Of a DNA stretch of 64,000 nt, positions 19,489 to 29,633 are shown one piece after another. The notes under the pieces were generated by a model. That model saw only the letters and a program-made list of their open reading frames with translations. It was not told the origin of the DNA and searched no databases. The translations under genes were made by a program, and so were the position numbers. The stretch's first letter is position 1; each line of letters starts with the position of its first letter. The stretch is from an uncultured Acidobacteriota bacterium (GTDB taxonomy: Bacteria > Acidobacteriota > Blastocatellia > RBC074): the NCBI GenBank assembly GCA_963796275.1, contig CAWCKY010000001.1, positions 1,216,001 to 1,280,000 on the forward strand. Reading direction: 5' to 3'.

Positions 19489-19548
19489 TCTCCTATATGT
19501 ATAGGAGAGTATTCGCTGGTCAGGGATTTGTCAACTAAAGGTTTAGGA
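19489..19548. promoter_or_regulatory. Putative BlaI-family operator pair
   Basis: Palindrome TCTCCTATA-TG-TATAGGAGA and a second box ACTAAAGGTTTAGG, both of form CTA-N6-TAG, immediately upstream of the blaI-like gene. Confidence 0.55.
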
Positions 19549-19632
19549 GCTTGTCGATTATTGGTTGGGATCAGTCCTGACAGGCATTCGTGATTTCTGG
19601 TGATTTCTAGAAGATGGAGAGATCAAAGCACA

Positions 19633-20691
19633 CTATTGCAACCAGCGGCTCAGGTTTTCGCGGACGAAATCATCGTCGGTCAGATGGGGATAATCTCGGC
19701 AGATGCGGTCTATCTCTGCCATCTGGCCGGGCGAAAGTTCTTCGTTTGGGTCCAGGCACCAGCGGCCCGCCATCAAGCCCTGGCGGCAGAGAATTTCGTG
19801 CAGTCCGGCGATGCAGCCGGCGAAATTGTTCTTCGCGTCGAACAGGACCGCATTGGCGTCGGTGATCTCGGCCGATCGCGCCAGCATTTTATAAGCATTC
19901 TGACCGCCGGCGGATCGGCAGTCTTTGATCTCTTTCAGTAACTCGACGGCTCGTTTCGTCCAGACTGCCCAATGGCCCAACAGCCCTCCCGCAAAGCTGA
20001 TCGCGACATTTCCCATCTCGCCCGCGACGCGAAACTCCGTCAGAAGGTCCGCCACGATGTTGTCATCATTGCCCGTATAGAGGGCGACTTCGCTGTAGCG
20101 CCCACTGCTGGCGAGCGCGCGGACAACGTCGAGCGTCTGGTAGCGATTGAACGGCGCGACTTTGATGCCGGCGACGTTCTCTATCTCAAGAAATTCGCGC
20201 CAGAACCCATAGTCCAGCAGCCGTCCCCCGACCGCGGGCTGCAGATAGAAACCGAAGATGGGGATCACCTCCGAGACGCGCCGGCAATGCTCGACCATCT
20301 CCGCTGTCGAGGCTTCCCGCAATGCCGCCAGGCTTAACAGACCGAGGTCGTATCCCAGGTTGCGCGCGATCACCGCTTCATCAATAGCCTGTTTCGTCAG
20401 ACCGCAGACGCCGGCGACCTTGACCAGCCTCCTCCTATTGCGCAGCTCCCATTCGCGCATCGTCTCTGCGCCCAATCGCAACACCAGCTCGAACAAGCCC
20501 ACCTGTCGAATTGCGAATTGTGTGGTATGCACACCGACTGCGATGCCCCCCGCCCCCGCGTCACTATAGTATCGGGTTAAAGCGGCCTGCCTGCGTTTAT
20601 CAAGTTTGCGGTTCTGGTCGAGCGCGAGGGGATGCGCGGGGATCACAATTCCCGCGAGCAGCCGATCTCGCAACTCCTTATCTATCGACAT
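19633..20691 (-). CDS. Dihydrodipicolinate synthase family aldolase/lyase
   Basis: VIPAHPLAL, GVHTTQF, FYLQPAVGG, GIKVAPF (Schiff-base Lys). Confidence 0.85.
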   Translation of the reverse strand: MSIDKELRDRLLAGIVIPAHPLALDQNRKLDKRRQAALTRYYSDAGAGGIAVGVHTTQFAIRQVGLFELVLRLGAETMREWELRNRRRLVKVAGVCGLTKQAIDEAVIARNLGYDLGLLSLAALREASTAEMVEHCRRVSEVIPIFGFYLQPAVGGRLLDYGFWREFLEIENVAGIKVAPFNRYQTLDVVRALASSGRYSEVALYTGNDDNIVADLLTEFRVAGEMGNVAISFAGGLLGHWAVWTKRAVELLKEIKDCRSAGGQNAYKMLARSAEITDANAVLFDAKNNFAGCIAGLHEILCRQGLMAGRWCLDPNEELSPGQMAEIDRICRDYPHLTDDDFVRENLSRWLQ

Positions 20692-21710
20692 CAGAATCTC
20701 CCGTCAGTAACTTCGAACTTCGTAGGCTTGTTCAAACTCGTACCGCCTATTTCAATCCAATGCGCCACCATCTCCATCAACTCGCCCAGGGGGACTTCCG
20801 GATAGCCGAGCAGCCTGTGGCAGAGCGATGCGTTGTTCAGAAGGGCTGTATCACTCTCCACACCCCGAAAAATGGCTTCGCGTTTGAATCTCGCCGCAAA
20901 AAATTCAGCCGCGCGCCGGGTCGATACAATCTCGGGTCCGGTGACGTTCAAGATTCGGGGCGGCGACTGGCATAACTCAAGACAGCGTAAAGCATATGAG
21001 TTCGCATCGCCCTGCCAGACGACGTTGAAGGCGGGGACGGTCAGATCGATTGCGTTGCCCTCATAGACGTTCCGCGCTATGTCAACCAGCACGCCGTAGC
21101 GTAGATCGACTGCGTAATTAAGCCGGAAGATCAGGCACTGCATCCCGAATTCGCGCGAGAAATACTCGAATACTCGTTCGCGTCCCAGACACGATTGGGC
21201 ATATTCGCCCAGCGGATCAGGCGAATCGATTTCAATAGAACCGCCTGATGCCGGCTTGGCAAAACGATAGACATTGCCGGTGGAGAAGGCGACGATGCGA
21301 GCATCGCGATAATGGTGCGCAACATAAGCCGGAATTATGGTATTGCTGACCCAGGTGAGATCGTTGCGATCCAGCGAACCGAACTTGCGGCCCGCGAGAT
21401 AGAGCACATTCTCGCACGCCGGCAAAGTATCCACCTCGGCTTGGTCGAAAAGATCGCATGCGACAGTCTCGACATCATTCTTTTCGAGCTCTTGGCGCGC
21501 CTGCATTGAAGAAAAGCGTGAGATGGCGATCACGCGGCGCTCGATCCCGGCGGCTTGTGATGCGCGTTTGATGCGACGAGCGAGCGATGGCCCCATCTTC
21601 CCGCCGGCTCCTAGAACGACCAGATCACCAGGCAGCCTCCGCATCGCCTCAATGTCGGCTGCATTGGGGGTGGAGAGAAGACTCTCCAGTTGTTCTTCGT
21701 TCTCTACCAT
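20691..21710 (-). CDS. NAD-dependent epimerase/dehydratase family protein
   Basis: LGAGGKMG Rossmann motif, FSTGNVY, RLNYA; translationally coupled to the DHDPS-like gene. Confidence 0.85.
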   Translation of the reverse strand: MVENEEQLESLLSTPNAADIEAMRRLPGDLVVLGAGGKMGPSLARRIKRASQAAGIERRVIAISRFSSMQARQELEKNDVETVACDLFDQAEVDTLPACENVLYLAGRKFGSLDRNDLTWVSNTIIPAYVAHHYRDARIVAFSTGNVYRFAKPASGGSIEIDSPDPLGEYAQSCLGRERVFEYFSREFGMQCLIFRLNYAVDLRYGVLVDIARNVYEGNAIDLTVPAFNVVWQGDANSYALRCLELCQSPPRILNVTGPEIVSTRRAAEFFAARFKREAIFRGVESDTALLNNASLCHRLLGYPEVPLGELMEMVAHWIEIGGTSLNKPTKFEVTDGRF

Positions 21711-21834
21711 ACATGTTCAGATGGAAACAAATTAGGCAAAAAAGGGCAAGAATGGCCAAGACTCAAAGCTCTATGTCTTCGTGCCCTTTAACTATTTTGT
21801 TTCCGTTTTGCCTTCACAGAGCGCCCGGCAAGTG

Positions 21835-23130
21835 TCATATCGCATTTACGATTCCCTCTCGTGTGGCGCTGTTGTTGCGAACCAGAGTCACGACAGCCAG
21901 CATCGCCAGCAACGGAATCAAGCTGGCCACGATCAGTATCGGTTCGAATGAATAGCGATCGGCGACCATTCCTATCAGATAGGTCGCTGCGATCGTGCCC
22001 ACCCCAGCCCCGGTCCCGCTCATTCCGCTGACTGACGCGACCGATCCGGTGGGATAGATATCGGCCGGCAGATTCAATACCATCGTCGAGAGCGCGGCAT
22101 AGGTGAGGGTCGAGATCGCGAAGCAGATGACTATCCAGTAGAACGAGCTGGTGAATGCGGTCGGAATCAACAGGGTCATCCCCAGCGCGCAGATCACGAC
22201 GACGAACTTTCTCGCTGCGCCGACCGACCAGCCGCGCTTGATCAAATAACTCGACAGCCCTCCGCCCGCGAAATTCCCGATATCGGCAGCGACGAACGGG
22301 ACCCAGAATGCCAGCAGGCTATTTTCAAGTTTAAAACCCTTGGCTACCAGGTAGATGGCGAACCAATCGGTGATGAAGAACCAGACCGGATCGGTCAGGG
22401 TCTTGCCGATGATAATGCCCCAGGTCTGCGGCAATGAGAGGAGCGTGCGATAACTCAAACGCTTGCTCGCGCCGGATTCCGCGTTCTTATCCGCACGATT
22501 GGCCATTATGTAGTCGCGTTCCTCGGCGCTCAGACGCGGGTGCTCTTCCGGACGGTGATATAACTTGCGAAACAGTATCAGCCAGATGAAACCGAGCGAA
22601 CCGGTGATGATGAAGGCCGGCCGCCAGCTTCCGAAATAGTGGTAGGCCGACAGGACCAGAATCGGCGCAATTGCTCCGCCGATCGAAGAACCGCTGTCGA
22701 AGAGCGCTACCGCCCATCCGCTCTCACGTTTCGGAAACCATTCGGAGACGGCCTTGGTCGCGCCGGGCCAGTTGGCGGACTCGCCCGCGCCCAGCAGAAA
22801 GCGAAAGAACGCGAAGCTTCGCAATCCCGTGGCCAGCGACGTCAGCATCGCGGCAAGAGAATAGAAGGCTACCCCCAAACTCAACCCCTTTCGCGTTCCG
22901 ATGAGGTCCAGAAGGCGGCCTGAAGCAGTCTGACCGAATGAATAAGCGACGCGAAATGCGATGATCAGCAAGGCGAAATCGGAATTCGTCCATTGATATT
23001 CGGTCTTGATATACGGCGCGAGCACGCTCAATGTCTGCCGGTCGATATAGTTGATGACCGTCGAAAGGAAGAGCAGACCGCCGATATACCAGCGCAGGTG
23101 TTTGATAGGAGCCCGTTTGTCATCCTTCAT
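21835..23130 (-). CDS. MFS transporter, hexuronate (ExuT-like, ACS family)
   Basis: [35 protein letters not shown]; start placed at MKDDK. Confidence 0.88.
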   Translation of the reverse strand: MKDDKRAPIKHLRWYIGGLLFLSTVINYIDRQTLSVLAPYIKTEYQWTNSDFALLIIAFRVAYSFGQTASGRLLDLIGTRKGLSLGVAFYSLAAMLTSLATGLRSFAFFRFLLGAGESANWPGATKAVSEWFPKRESGWAVALFDSGSSIGGAIAPILVLSAYHYFGSWRPAFIITGSLGFIWLILFRKLYHRPEEHPRLSAEERDYIMANRADKNAESGASKRLSYRTLLSLPQTWGIIIGKTLTDPVWFFITDWFAIYLVAKGFKLENSLLAFWVPFVAADIGNFAGGGLSSYLIKRGWSVGAARKFVVVICALGMTLLIPTAFTSSFYWIVICFAISTLTYAALSTMVLNLPADIYPTGSVASVSGMSGTGAGVGTIAATYLIGMVADRYSFEPILIVASLIPLLAMLAVVTLVRNNSATREGIVNAI

Positions 23131-23132
23131 CT

Positions 23133-24026
23133 TCACCCCTTGACTCTGATCCCGAGCAGCTTCGCCAGCGTCTCGCCATAGATTTTCCGGCGGCTGGCTT
23201 CGGGCACGCCGCAGGCATCCAGCATAGATTCGTAACCGGCCAGGCAAGCATCCAGATTCTCCGGCAGCTCATCAGTCCCGAAGACCAGTTTTTCAAAGGC
23301 GTAGACCGCCTCGGACGAACTATGCGCCGTCGGTCCCTCCCACCAGAGGTACTCTTTAAAGACGGCCAGATTCTTAGCTTTCTTGAGCAAAGACGACCCG
23401 GTGAGATCGAAGTAGATGTTCCTCTCCCAGCGCGCGACCTCAGCGGCCTCATCGTACCAGGGATTGCCTAGGTGCGCGCCCTGGATCACCAGCTTTGGGA
23501 ACGACCGCGCGATGGTATGCAGGAAAGACGGTCGCATGCGGGCCATCGAGGACGGCTCCGGCTCGTCCGTGTTCGATCCTGAAACTATGCCGGTGTGGAA
23601 TAGCGCGATGAGCCCGAGCGATTGCAGCTTGTCGTATATCGGGAAATAGCCGAAATCATCCCAATTATATTTTGGGGTATGCATCTTGATCCCTTTAAAC
23701 CCTGCATCGGCGAACTGCTTGATCTCACGCAGCGCATTCGGGTCATCCACGCTGATTCGACCGTAAGGGATTATCACATTGGGATGCTGGGCTGCGGCCT
23801 TCCTGATCACTTCGAGGCCCGGCGCAGGAGTGAGAACGCAGGCCATCGCATTGCGCTCAGCGTACACCTTCACCAGCCGGGCGACGTAATCGGGCGCGGG
23901 CTGGTAGTGCTGATGAGAGTCGATGATGAACCTGCGTGGCGGCTGGTATGATGCGTCGAGCGGAATACTCGCCGCACCCGCCGTCATCAGTTTGATAAAG
24001 TTCCGGCGTGAAGTAGTCAGATTCAT
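23133..24026 (-). CDS. Tat-exported amidohydrolase (amidohydro_2 family)
   Basis: SRRNFIK Tat signal; [26 protein letters not shown]. Confidence 0.85.
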   Translation of the reverse strand: MNLTTSRRNFIKLMTAGAASIPLDASYQPPRRFIIDSHQHYQPAPDYVARLVKVYAERNAMACVLTPAPGLEVIRKAAAQHPNVIIPYGRISVDDPNALREIKQFADAGFKGIKMHTPKYNWDDFGYFPIYDKLQSLGLIALFHTGIVSGSNTDEPEPSSMARMRPSFLHTIARSFPKLVIQGAHLGNPWYDEAAEVARWERNIYFDLTGSSLLKKAKNLAVFKEYLWWEGPTAHSSSEAVYAFEKLVFGTDELPENLDACLAGYESMLDACGVPEASRRKIYGETLAKLLGIRVKG

Positions 24027-24314
24027 GCCCGCGAGACTAGGCGAAATTTACAAAAATGTCTATGCGCCAACCAACCTTAACCGCTTGTACAATATATGGA
24101 AAAAACTGAAGGATATGGATTTTGAACTACGGTGATGGTATAAATCAACAGGTACCATCCAAGACGATAATCGTTAAACATACTTATGTCAGCGAAATAA
24201 ATTGCTAAATTCGCAAGCATCACGTCTACCTGGCTTTGCAGGGTTTCACGCTACCCAAAATATATCAATCGAACCGCAAGAACCACAAAACCATACACAC
24301 GCAAGGAGTATCGT

Positions 24315-27300
24315 ATGATTTGTATCGCTCAATCCCCCAACCCTCTAGGCCGTTACATAACTTCATTGGGATCGCTTCTTATACTGCTCGTCGCGTTAGC
24401 GGCCGGAAGCCGCGCCCAGACAACTTTCGGCAGTATAACGGGCAATGTGACGGATAGCTCGGGGGCTGCTGTTCCAAACGTCACCATTGAAGCCACACAC
24501 ATTCAGAGTAACTATCGTTACGCGGCTAAATCCAATGAGGTCGGAAACTATACCCTGCCGCAGTTGCGTGAAGGCGAGTACCGGGTGCGCGCAAACGCCA
24601 CGGGATTCAGCGAATTCATCGCGCAGAACGTTCTGCTTCAGGCGCGTGAAGAGCGGCGTCTCGATATCCGGCTTCAGGTGGGCACATTGGGCTCCGCCGT
24701 CGAAGTAACGGCTGGAGCGGCTCTCATCGAGACTGATACTGCGCGCATCGGGGATTCGAAAAACGCCGAGGCGCTGAAGAGCCTCCCGCTCAGTACACGC
24801 TCGCTCTATTCGTTTCTGGCGCTCACCCCTGGAGTGTTGGGCGCTGGAGGAGGCCAGTCGACGAGAAGATTTGCCGGCAGCCGCGTCAATCAGTCAGAGC
24901 AGTCGATCGATGGCATCACAACCAGCAATGGGTTCGATGGGACACAGATCACTCCGCTGGTGAGCTATATCGAGAGCTTCCAGGAAGTACGCGTCGATAT
25001 GGCGAACAATAGCGCAGATATCGGTTCGGTGGGACAGGTGACGGTGGTCTCGAAATCCGGCACCAATGAGATACACGGTAACGTCTTCGATTACTATGTG
25101 ACGCCCTGGTTTCGCGCGCGTAACCCGTTTGCGGCGGAGCGAGGCGCAGGTGTCAGGCATCAGCCGGGCGGCTCCATCGGCGGCCCGATCGCGATCCCGA
25201 AGGTCTACAATGGCCGGGATCGAAGTTTCTTCTTCTTCTCATTCGAGACATCGCGCGGCAGCAACATCAATCAACTGCTCAACCCGACCGTTCCGCCGGT
25301 TCCATGGAGAAATGGGGATTTCTCGGCCCTTTGTTCCGCCTATGATGCCGCAGGTCTCTGCGACGACGAAGACGGAGTACAACTGATTAACCCGCTTGCA
25401 GATGGAGGCCCGGCTCCATTTGCCAACAATCGGATTCCAATAGGAAGTATCAATGCGGTTTCGCAGCGGATCCAGGACCGATTCTATCCATTGCCCAATT
25501 TCGGCGATCTCAACGTTTTCGCGTCGCAAAACTATCGCGAGCAGAAGAGCAGGCAGTTCGACCCTCAGACCTACTATACGGCGCGCCTCGACCATCGTTT
25601 CTCCAATAATTCGTTCATTTTCGGCCGCTGGACGTGGGCGCGGGAGCACAGCCGGGATTACGAAGCGAACCTTCCTACCATCGGGCAGCGCTGGCAGACA
25701 CGAGACACGCGAGCATTTAACCTCTCCTACACGCACAACCTGAGACCGACCCTGGTCTCGGAGACCCGGTGGGGATTTGCTTATAACGACAATCCCAGGA
25801 ATGGCGCTCTGCTGGGTCAGGAAGTAGTTGATAACCTCGGGATCACGGGTCTCGTCGATAATCTTCCGGATATCAATGGGGTGCTCGATCTGCGGTTCCA
25901 GGGAGTCGGCCTCACGCGCATCACGCAGACGCCGTGGCGCCATCCGGGATTCAAGAACTTCGCGCAGCAATGGCAGCAACATCTCAATTGGTATAGCGGC
26001 CGCCATTCGATCAAATCGGGGTTCATTCTCAGCCGGGTTCGTTTTGAGGATAACCAGGCTCCGGCTGCATTATTCGGCGACGTGCGATTCTCGGACCGTT
26101 TCACCGGTCATCCGTACGCCGACTTTCTGCTCGGCATACCGACGTCCAGCTCGCGCGCCTTTCCGCAGGTCGAGATCAGCCGCCTGCGCTGGGCCTATGA
26201 TTTCTTTGTCGCCGACGATTTCAAGGTAACACCGAAGCTCACTTTGAATATCGGTATGCGCTATGAGTTGCATCCGACGTACAGCGAGGATAACGGGATG
26301 CAATCGACTTTCGATATCGAGAGCGGCAAGATCGTGGTCCCGAACGGGAGCCTCAGCCAGATCAGTCCGTTAATGCCGCGCGGTTATGTGGATATCATCG
26401 AGGCGAGCGATGCCGGGCTTCCCGGCGACCGTTTGATCAAGACCGACAGGAACAATTTCGCACCGAGAATCGGCCTGGCATACCGGCCATGGGATAATGA
26501 CACCGTGATCCGCGCCGGGTTCGGCATCTTTTATGACGTCGTGCCGCGCGCCGAAAATGCCGGTGGCGCGCCTTTCGTGATCAACGAACCGATGTTCACC
26601 AATCCGGCGACCAATCCGAGCGTGATCTTCCCGCTCGTCTTTCCGGATAGCGTTGCAGGGCCGACCACGATCACCATACCGACGGCATTCAATCCGAATT
26701 TGAGGTCTCCATACAGCATGCAGTACAACTTAACGCTCGAGCACCAGCGATGGAATACCGGTTTTCGCCTGTCATACATCGGGACCAATACACGGCAGGG
26801 AGAATGGATGTTCAATATCAACCAGCCGGTTGCCGATGAACGGCTTTTCGCCGACAAGCCCCGGCGTTTTCCCCGATATCCGGGTATCAACTATCTGACC
26901 AACGGCGCTGGTCATCAATACCACTCGTTCGCAGTAGAGGTCGAGCGCCGTTTTGTAAGAGGGCTCTCGTACCAGGCTTCGTGGGTCTGGGCGCGCGACA
27001 TTGGCGATCTGGATCGAGGAGCTGCACCGGAAAACGCATACGATCGCGAGCGTGAACGCGGAGTCTGGCTCGACATACCGACTCACAGGCTGACCGGTAA
27101 CCTCGTATATGAACTGCCGTTCGGTCGGAATAAGCAATGGTTCAAATCAGGTCGAGCTGTTAACGCAATTTTTGGCGGATGGGAGATCAGCGGGATCTAC
27201 AGCTATCATTCCGGCCAGTTCATGACGCCGCTGTGGACGGGGCCTGATCCGACCGGCACGGCCTTCACCACCAGCCGCACTCCGGCGAATGTGACTATCC

Positions 27301-27695
27301 GTCCTGACCAGTTGCGCGATCCCAACCTGCCGTCGTCTGAGCGCACGGTCGAGCGCTGGTTCGATGTCTCGGCTTTCGGAGCGCCTCAGCTGGGACGATT
27401 CGGGACCTCGGCGCGCAATGTTATCAAAGGGCCTGATTCGAAGGTTATGCATGCCGGCCTATCAAAGACTTTCAGCTTTGGTGAGCGGATGCGCCTCCGT
27501 TTCGATATCATCTCGACCAATGTGTTCAATCGTCCCAACTATTCATCGCTCACGGGCGACGACGCGCTCACGGCGGAGGGATTGAATATCTCGCAGAGAG
27601 GCGTGGTCGGGGTACTGACCGGCGTCGGCGACACATCGGACCTAGATTTGAGCGGCCCGCGTTCGTTTCGAGCCGGAATCCGGGTGGAGTGGTAA
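24315..27695 (+). CDS. TonB-dependent receptor (acidobacterial carboxypeptidase-regulatory-like/Oar type)
   Basis: GSITGNVTDSSGA, KSGTNEIHG, NNFAPRIGLAY, C-terminal RVEW. Confidence 0.9.
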   Translation: MICIAQSPNPLGRYITSLGSLLILLVALAAGSRAQTTFGSITGNVTDSSGAAVPNVTIEATHIQSNYRYAAKSNEVGNYTLPQLREGEYRVRANATGFSEFIAQNVLLQAREERRLDIRLQVGTLGSAVEVTAGAALIETDTARIGDSKNAEALKSLPLSTRSLYSFLALTPGVLGAGGGQSTRRFAGSRVNQSEQSIDGITTSNGFDGTQITPLVSYIESFQEVRVDMANNSADIGSVGQVTVVSKSGTNEIHGNVFDYYVTPWFRARNPFAAERGAGVRHQPGGSIGGPIAIPKVYNGRDRSFFFFSFETSRGSNINQLLNPTVPPVPWRNGDFSALCSAYDAAGLCDDEDGVQLINPLADGGPAPFANNRIPIGSINAVSQRIQDRFYPLPNFGDLNVFASQNYREQKSRQFDPQTYYTARLDHRFSNNSFIFGRWTWAREHSRDYEANLPTIGQRWQTRDTRAFNLSYTHNLRPTLVSETRWGFAYNDNPRNGALLGQEVVDNLGITGLVDNLPDINGVLDLRFQGVGLTRITQTPWRHPGFKNFAQQWQQHLNWYSGRHSIKSGFILSRVRFEDNQAPAALFGDVRFSDRFTGHPYADFLLGIPTSSSRAFPQVEISRLRWAYDFFVADDFKVTPKLTLNIGMRYELHPTYSEDNGMQSTFDIESGKIVVPNGSLSQISPLMPRGYVDIIEASDAGLPGDRLIKTDRNNFAPRIGLAYRPWDNDTVIRAGFGIFYDVVPRAENAGGAPFVINEPMFTNPATNPSVIFPLVFPDSVAGPTTITIPTAFNPNLRSPYSMQYNLTLEHQRWNTGFRLSYIGTNTRQGEWMFNINQPVADERLFADKPRRFPRYPGINYLTNGAGHQYHSFAVEVERRFVRGLSYQASWVWARDIGDLDRGAAPENAYDRERERGVWLDIPTHRLTGNLVYELPFGRNKQWFKSGRAVNAIFGGWEISGIYSYHSGQFMTPLWTGPDPTGTAFTTSRTPANVTIRPDQLRDPNLPSSERTVERWFDVSAFGAPQLGRFGTSARNVIKGPDSKVMHAGLSKTFSFGERMRLRFDIISTNVFNRPNYSSLTGDDALTAEGLNISQRGVVGVLTGVGDTSDLDLSGPRSFRAGIRVEW

Positions 27696-27942
27696 GGGCA
27701 GATGTTGTCGATGATATTTCAACCCGGCGCTGCTCGACTGCAGTCGAGCTGACAGCGATCTTCAATTAGCGGGTCGTGAAACCCGGATTGCCGCAAAGCA
27801 CAGAGGCAGCGGGAAGGCAGAGCTTAAGAGGATAGACGAGACTTCGGTCATCCCCTGCCTCCCCCTGCGCCTTCTGAGGTGACTCGGGTTTCTTCTTGAC
27901 CCTTTGCGATAAATAAGCCTGATAACGTATATTTTCTGAAAA

Positions 27943-29592
27943 ATGAAACATACCAAATTACCGATCCTGGTTATGCTCGCCTTAATGCTCAGCGCCGTGC
28001 GGGTCGAGGCCCAGGTTACGCGCGCGCAGGCGGAAGGTGCGCTTCGTAAGGCCGCCCAGTTCTATCGAGAGAAGGTTTCCACAAAGGGCGGCTATCACTA
28101 TTACTATGCCGAAGACCTGAGCTATGGCCGATCCGAGCACGGAGAAGGGCCGACGCAGATAGAAGTACAGCGCGAGGCGACTCCGATCGTGGGCCTTACC
28201 TACCTGCGCGCCTATGACGCCACCGGTGACCGGTTCTACCTCGAGGCGGCGCGCGCAGCGGCGAATGCTCTCGTCCTGGGCCAGCAATGTTCGGGCGGGT
28301 GGGATTACATAATCGAGTTCGATCCGGAGAAGCGCAAAAAATATCCTTATCGCGCCGACCAAAATTGCGAGGCGGAAAACGCGGGCCGGCACTATACGAC
28401 GCTGGACGACAACGTGACGCAGGGCGCCGTGCGGCTGATGATGCGGGTCGATCGCGAACTGAAGTTCGAAGACAAGAATATCCACGAGGCGGTTCTCTTC
28501 TCTCTGGATCAGTTGATGAAAACGCAGTACCCCAATGGCGCCTGGCCGCAGCGCTATTATCAGTTTGCTGATCCCGCTCGTTTCCCGGTGAAGAAGGCGA
28601 GCTATCCGGAATCCTGGTCACGGACGTGGCCGGGGCCGGATTATCGTTTCCTCTATACCTTCAACGACAATACGATCTCAGACCTGATCGACATGTTTCT
28701 GGAGGCCTGGCGAGTCTACGGAGACGACAGGTACCGCCGAGCCGCGGTGAAGGGCGGTGAATTTATCCTCCTGGCGCAGATGCCAGATCCTCAACCGGCG
28801 TGGGCGCAACAATACGATATCGATATGCACCCAGCTTGGGCTCGCATCTTTGAGCCGCCCTCGATCACCGGGGGCGAATCTCAGGGCATCATCCGAATCC
28901 TGCTGGTTCTTTATGCGGAGACGGGCGACAAGAAATATATCGAGCCGGTCCGCCGGGCTCTCGATTACCTGAAACGTTCTGTGCTGCCGTCGGTAGAGAA
29001 TCCGTCGGAAGCTCGCCGCCGCTTCAAAGAGGGGGAACCGGTGCTGGCACGCTTTTCCGAGCTGAAGACCAACCGCCCGCTATACATTACCAAGGGCACG
29101 CGCGTCAGCGTCCTGGGTAACGGAGCGTCTTTGGTGGGCGGGTACCAGCTCAGTTACACCGATGAATCGGTCATCACACATTACTCCGTGCTGGTCAGCG
29201 GCGCACAGCTCGGCGAGATCGAAGCCGAATATAAACGCCTGCTCGATGCCGACCCGGCTACTATCCGGCGTCCGTTGAAGTTGCGCGGCCTGTCGCCATG
29301 GAGCCACAGCGAAACACGATTGTCCGATGTCGGTGAGATCATCGCCAAGATGGACGCCCGCGGGGCCTGGGTCGAGGAGGGTAGTATCGGGAAATCCGAC
29401 CGCGTCGTCAGCGTATTTGCCGCACGCGATATGGTGGTAACCATCGGAGACCGAGTGTTGCCGATCAAAGAGAATGAGACTCTCGCAATCTTTCAGGGCA
29501 CAGAGAGCCCGCGCGGGCGCATCATCCGCTCTGAGACATTTGCGCGCAATATGGATGCTCTATGCTTATTTCTCGAGCAGGCAGGCCGGTGA
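27943..29592 (+). CDS. Pectate lyase, PL10 (pectic acid lyase) family
   Basis: TLDDNVT, QYPNGAWPQ, TFNDN, WAQQYD..MHPAWARIFEPPS; signal peptide. Confidence 0.8.
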   Translation: MKHTKLPILVMLALMLSAVRVEAQVTRAQAEGALRKAAQFYREKVSTKGGYHYYYAEDLSYGRSEHGEGPTQIEVQREATPIVGLTYLRAYDATGDRFYLEAARAAANALVLGQQCSGGWDYIIEFDPEKRKKYPYRADQNCEAENAGRHYTTLDDNVTQGAVRLMMRVDRELKFEDKNIHEAVLFSLDQLMKTQYPNGAWPQRYYQFADPARFPVKKASYPESWSRTWPGPDYRFLYTFNDNTISDLIDMFLEAWRVYGDDRYRRAAVKGGEFILLAQMPDPQPAWAQQYDIDMHPAWARIFEPPSITGGESQGIIRILLVLYAETGDKKYIEPVRRALDYLKRSVLPSVENPSEARRRFKEGEPVLARFSELKTNRPLYITKGTRVSVLGNGASLVGGYQLSYTDESVITHYSVLVSGAQLGEIEAEYKRLLDADPATIRRPLKLRGLSPWSHSETRLSDVGEIIAKMDARGAWVEEGSIGKSDRVVSVFAARDMVVTIGDRVLPIKENETLAIFQGTESPRGRIIRSETFARNMDALCLFLEQAGR

Positions 29593-29633
29593 GCTACCAC
29601 AAGAATGGAATGAACCCTTAATTTGCGGTTTTT

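Noticed and set aside
25239-26006. 255-aa minus-strand ORF
   Set aside because: Shadow of the TonB-dependent receptor
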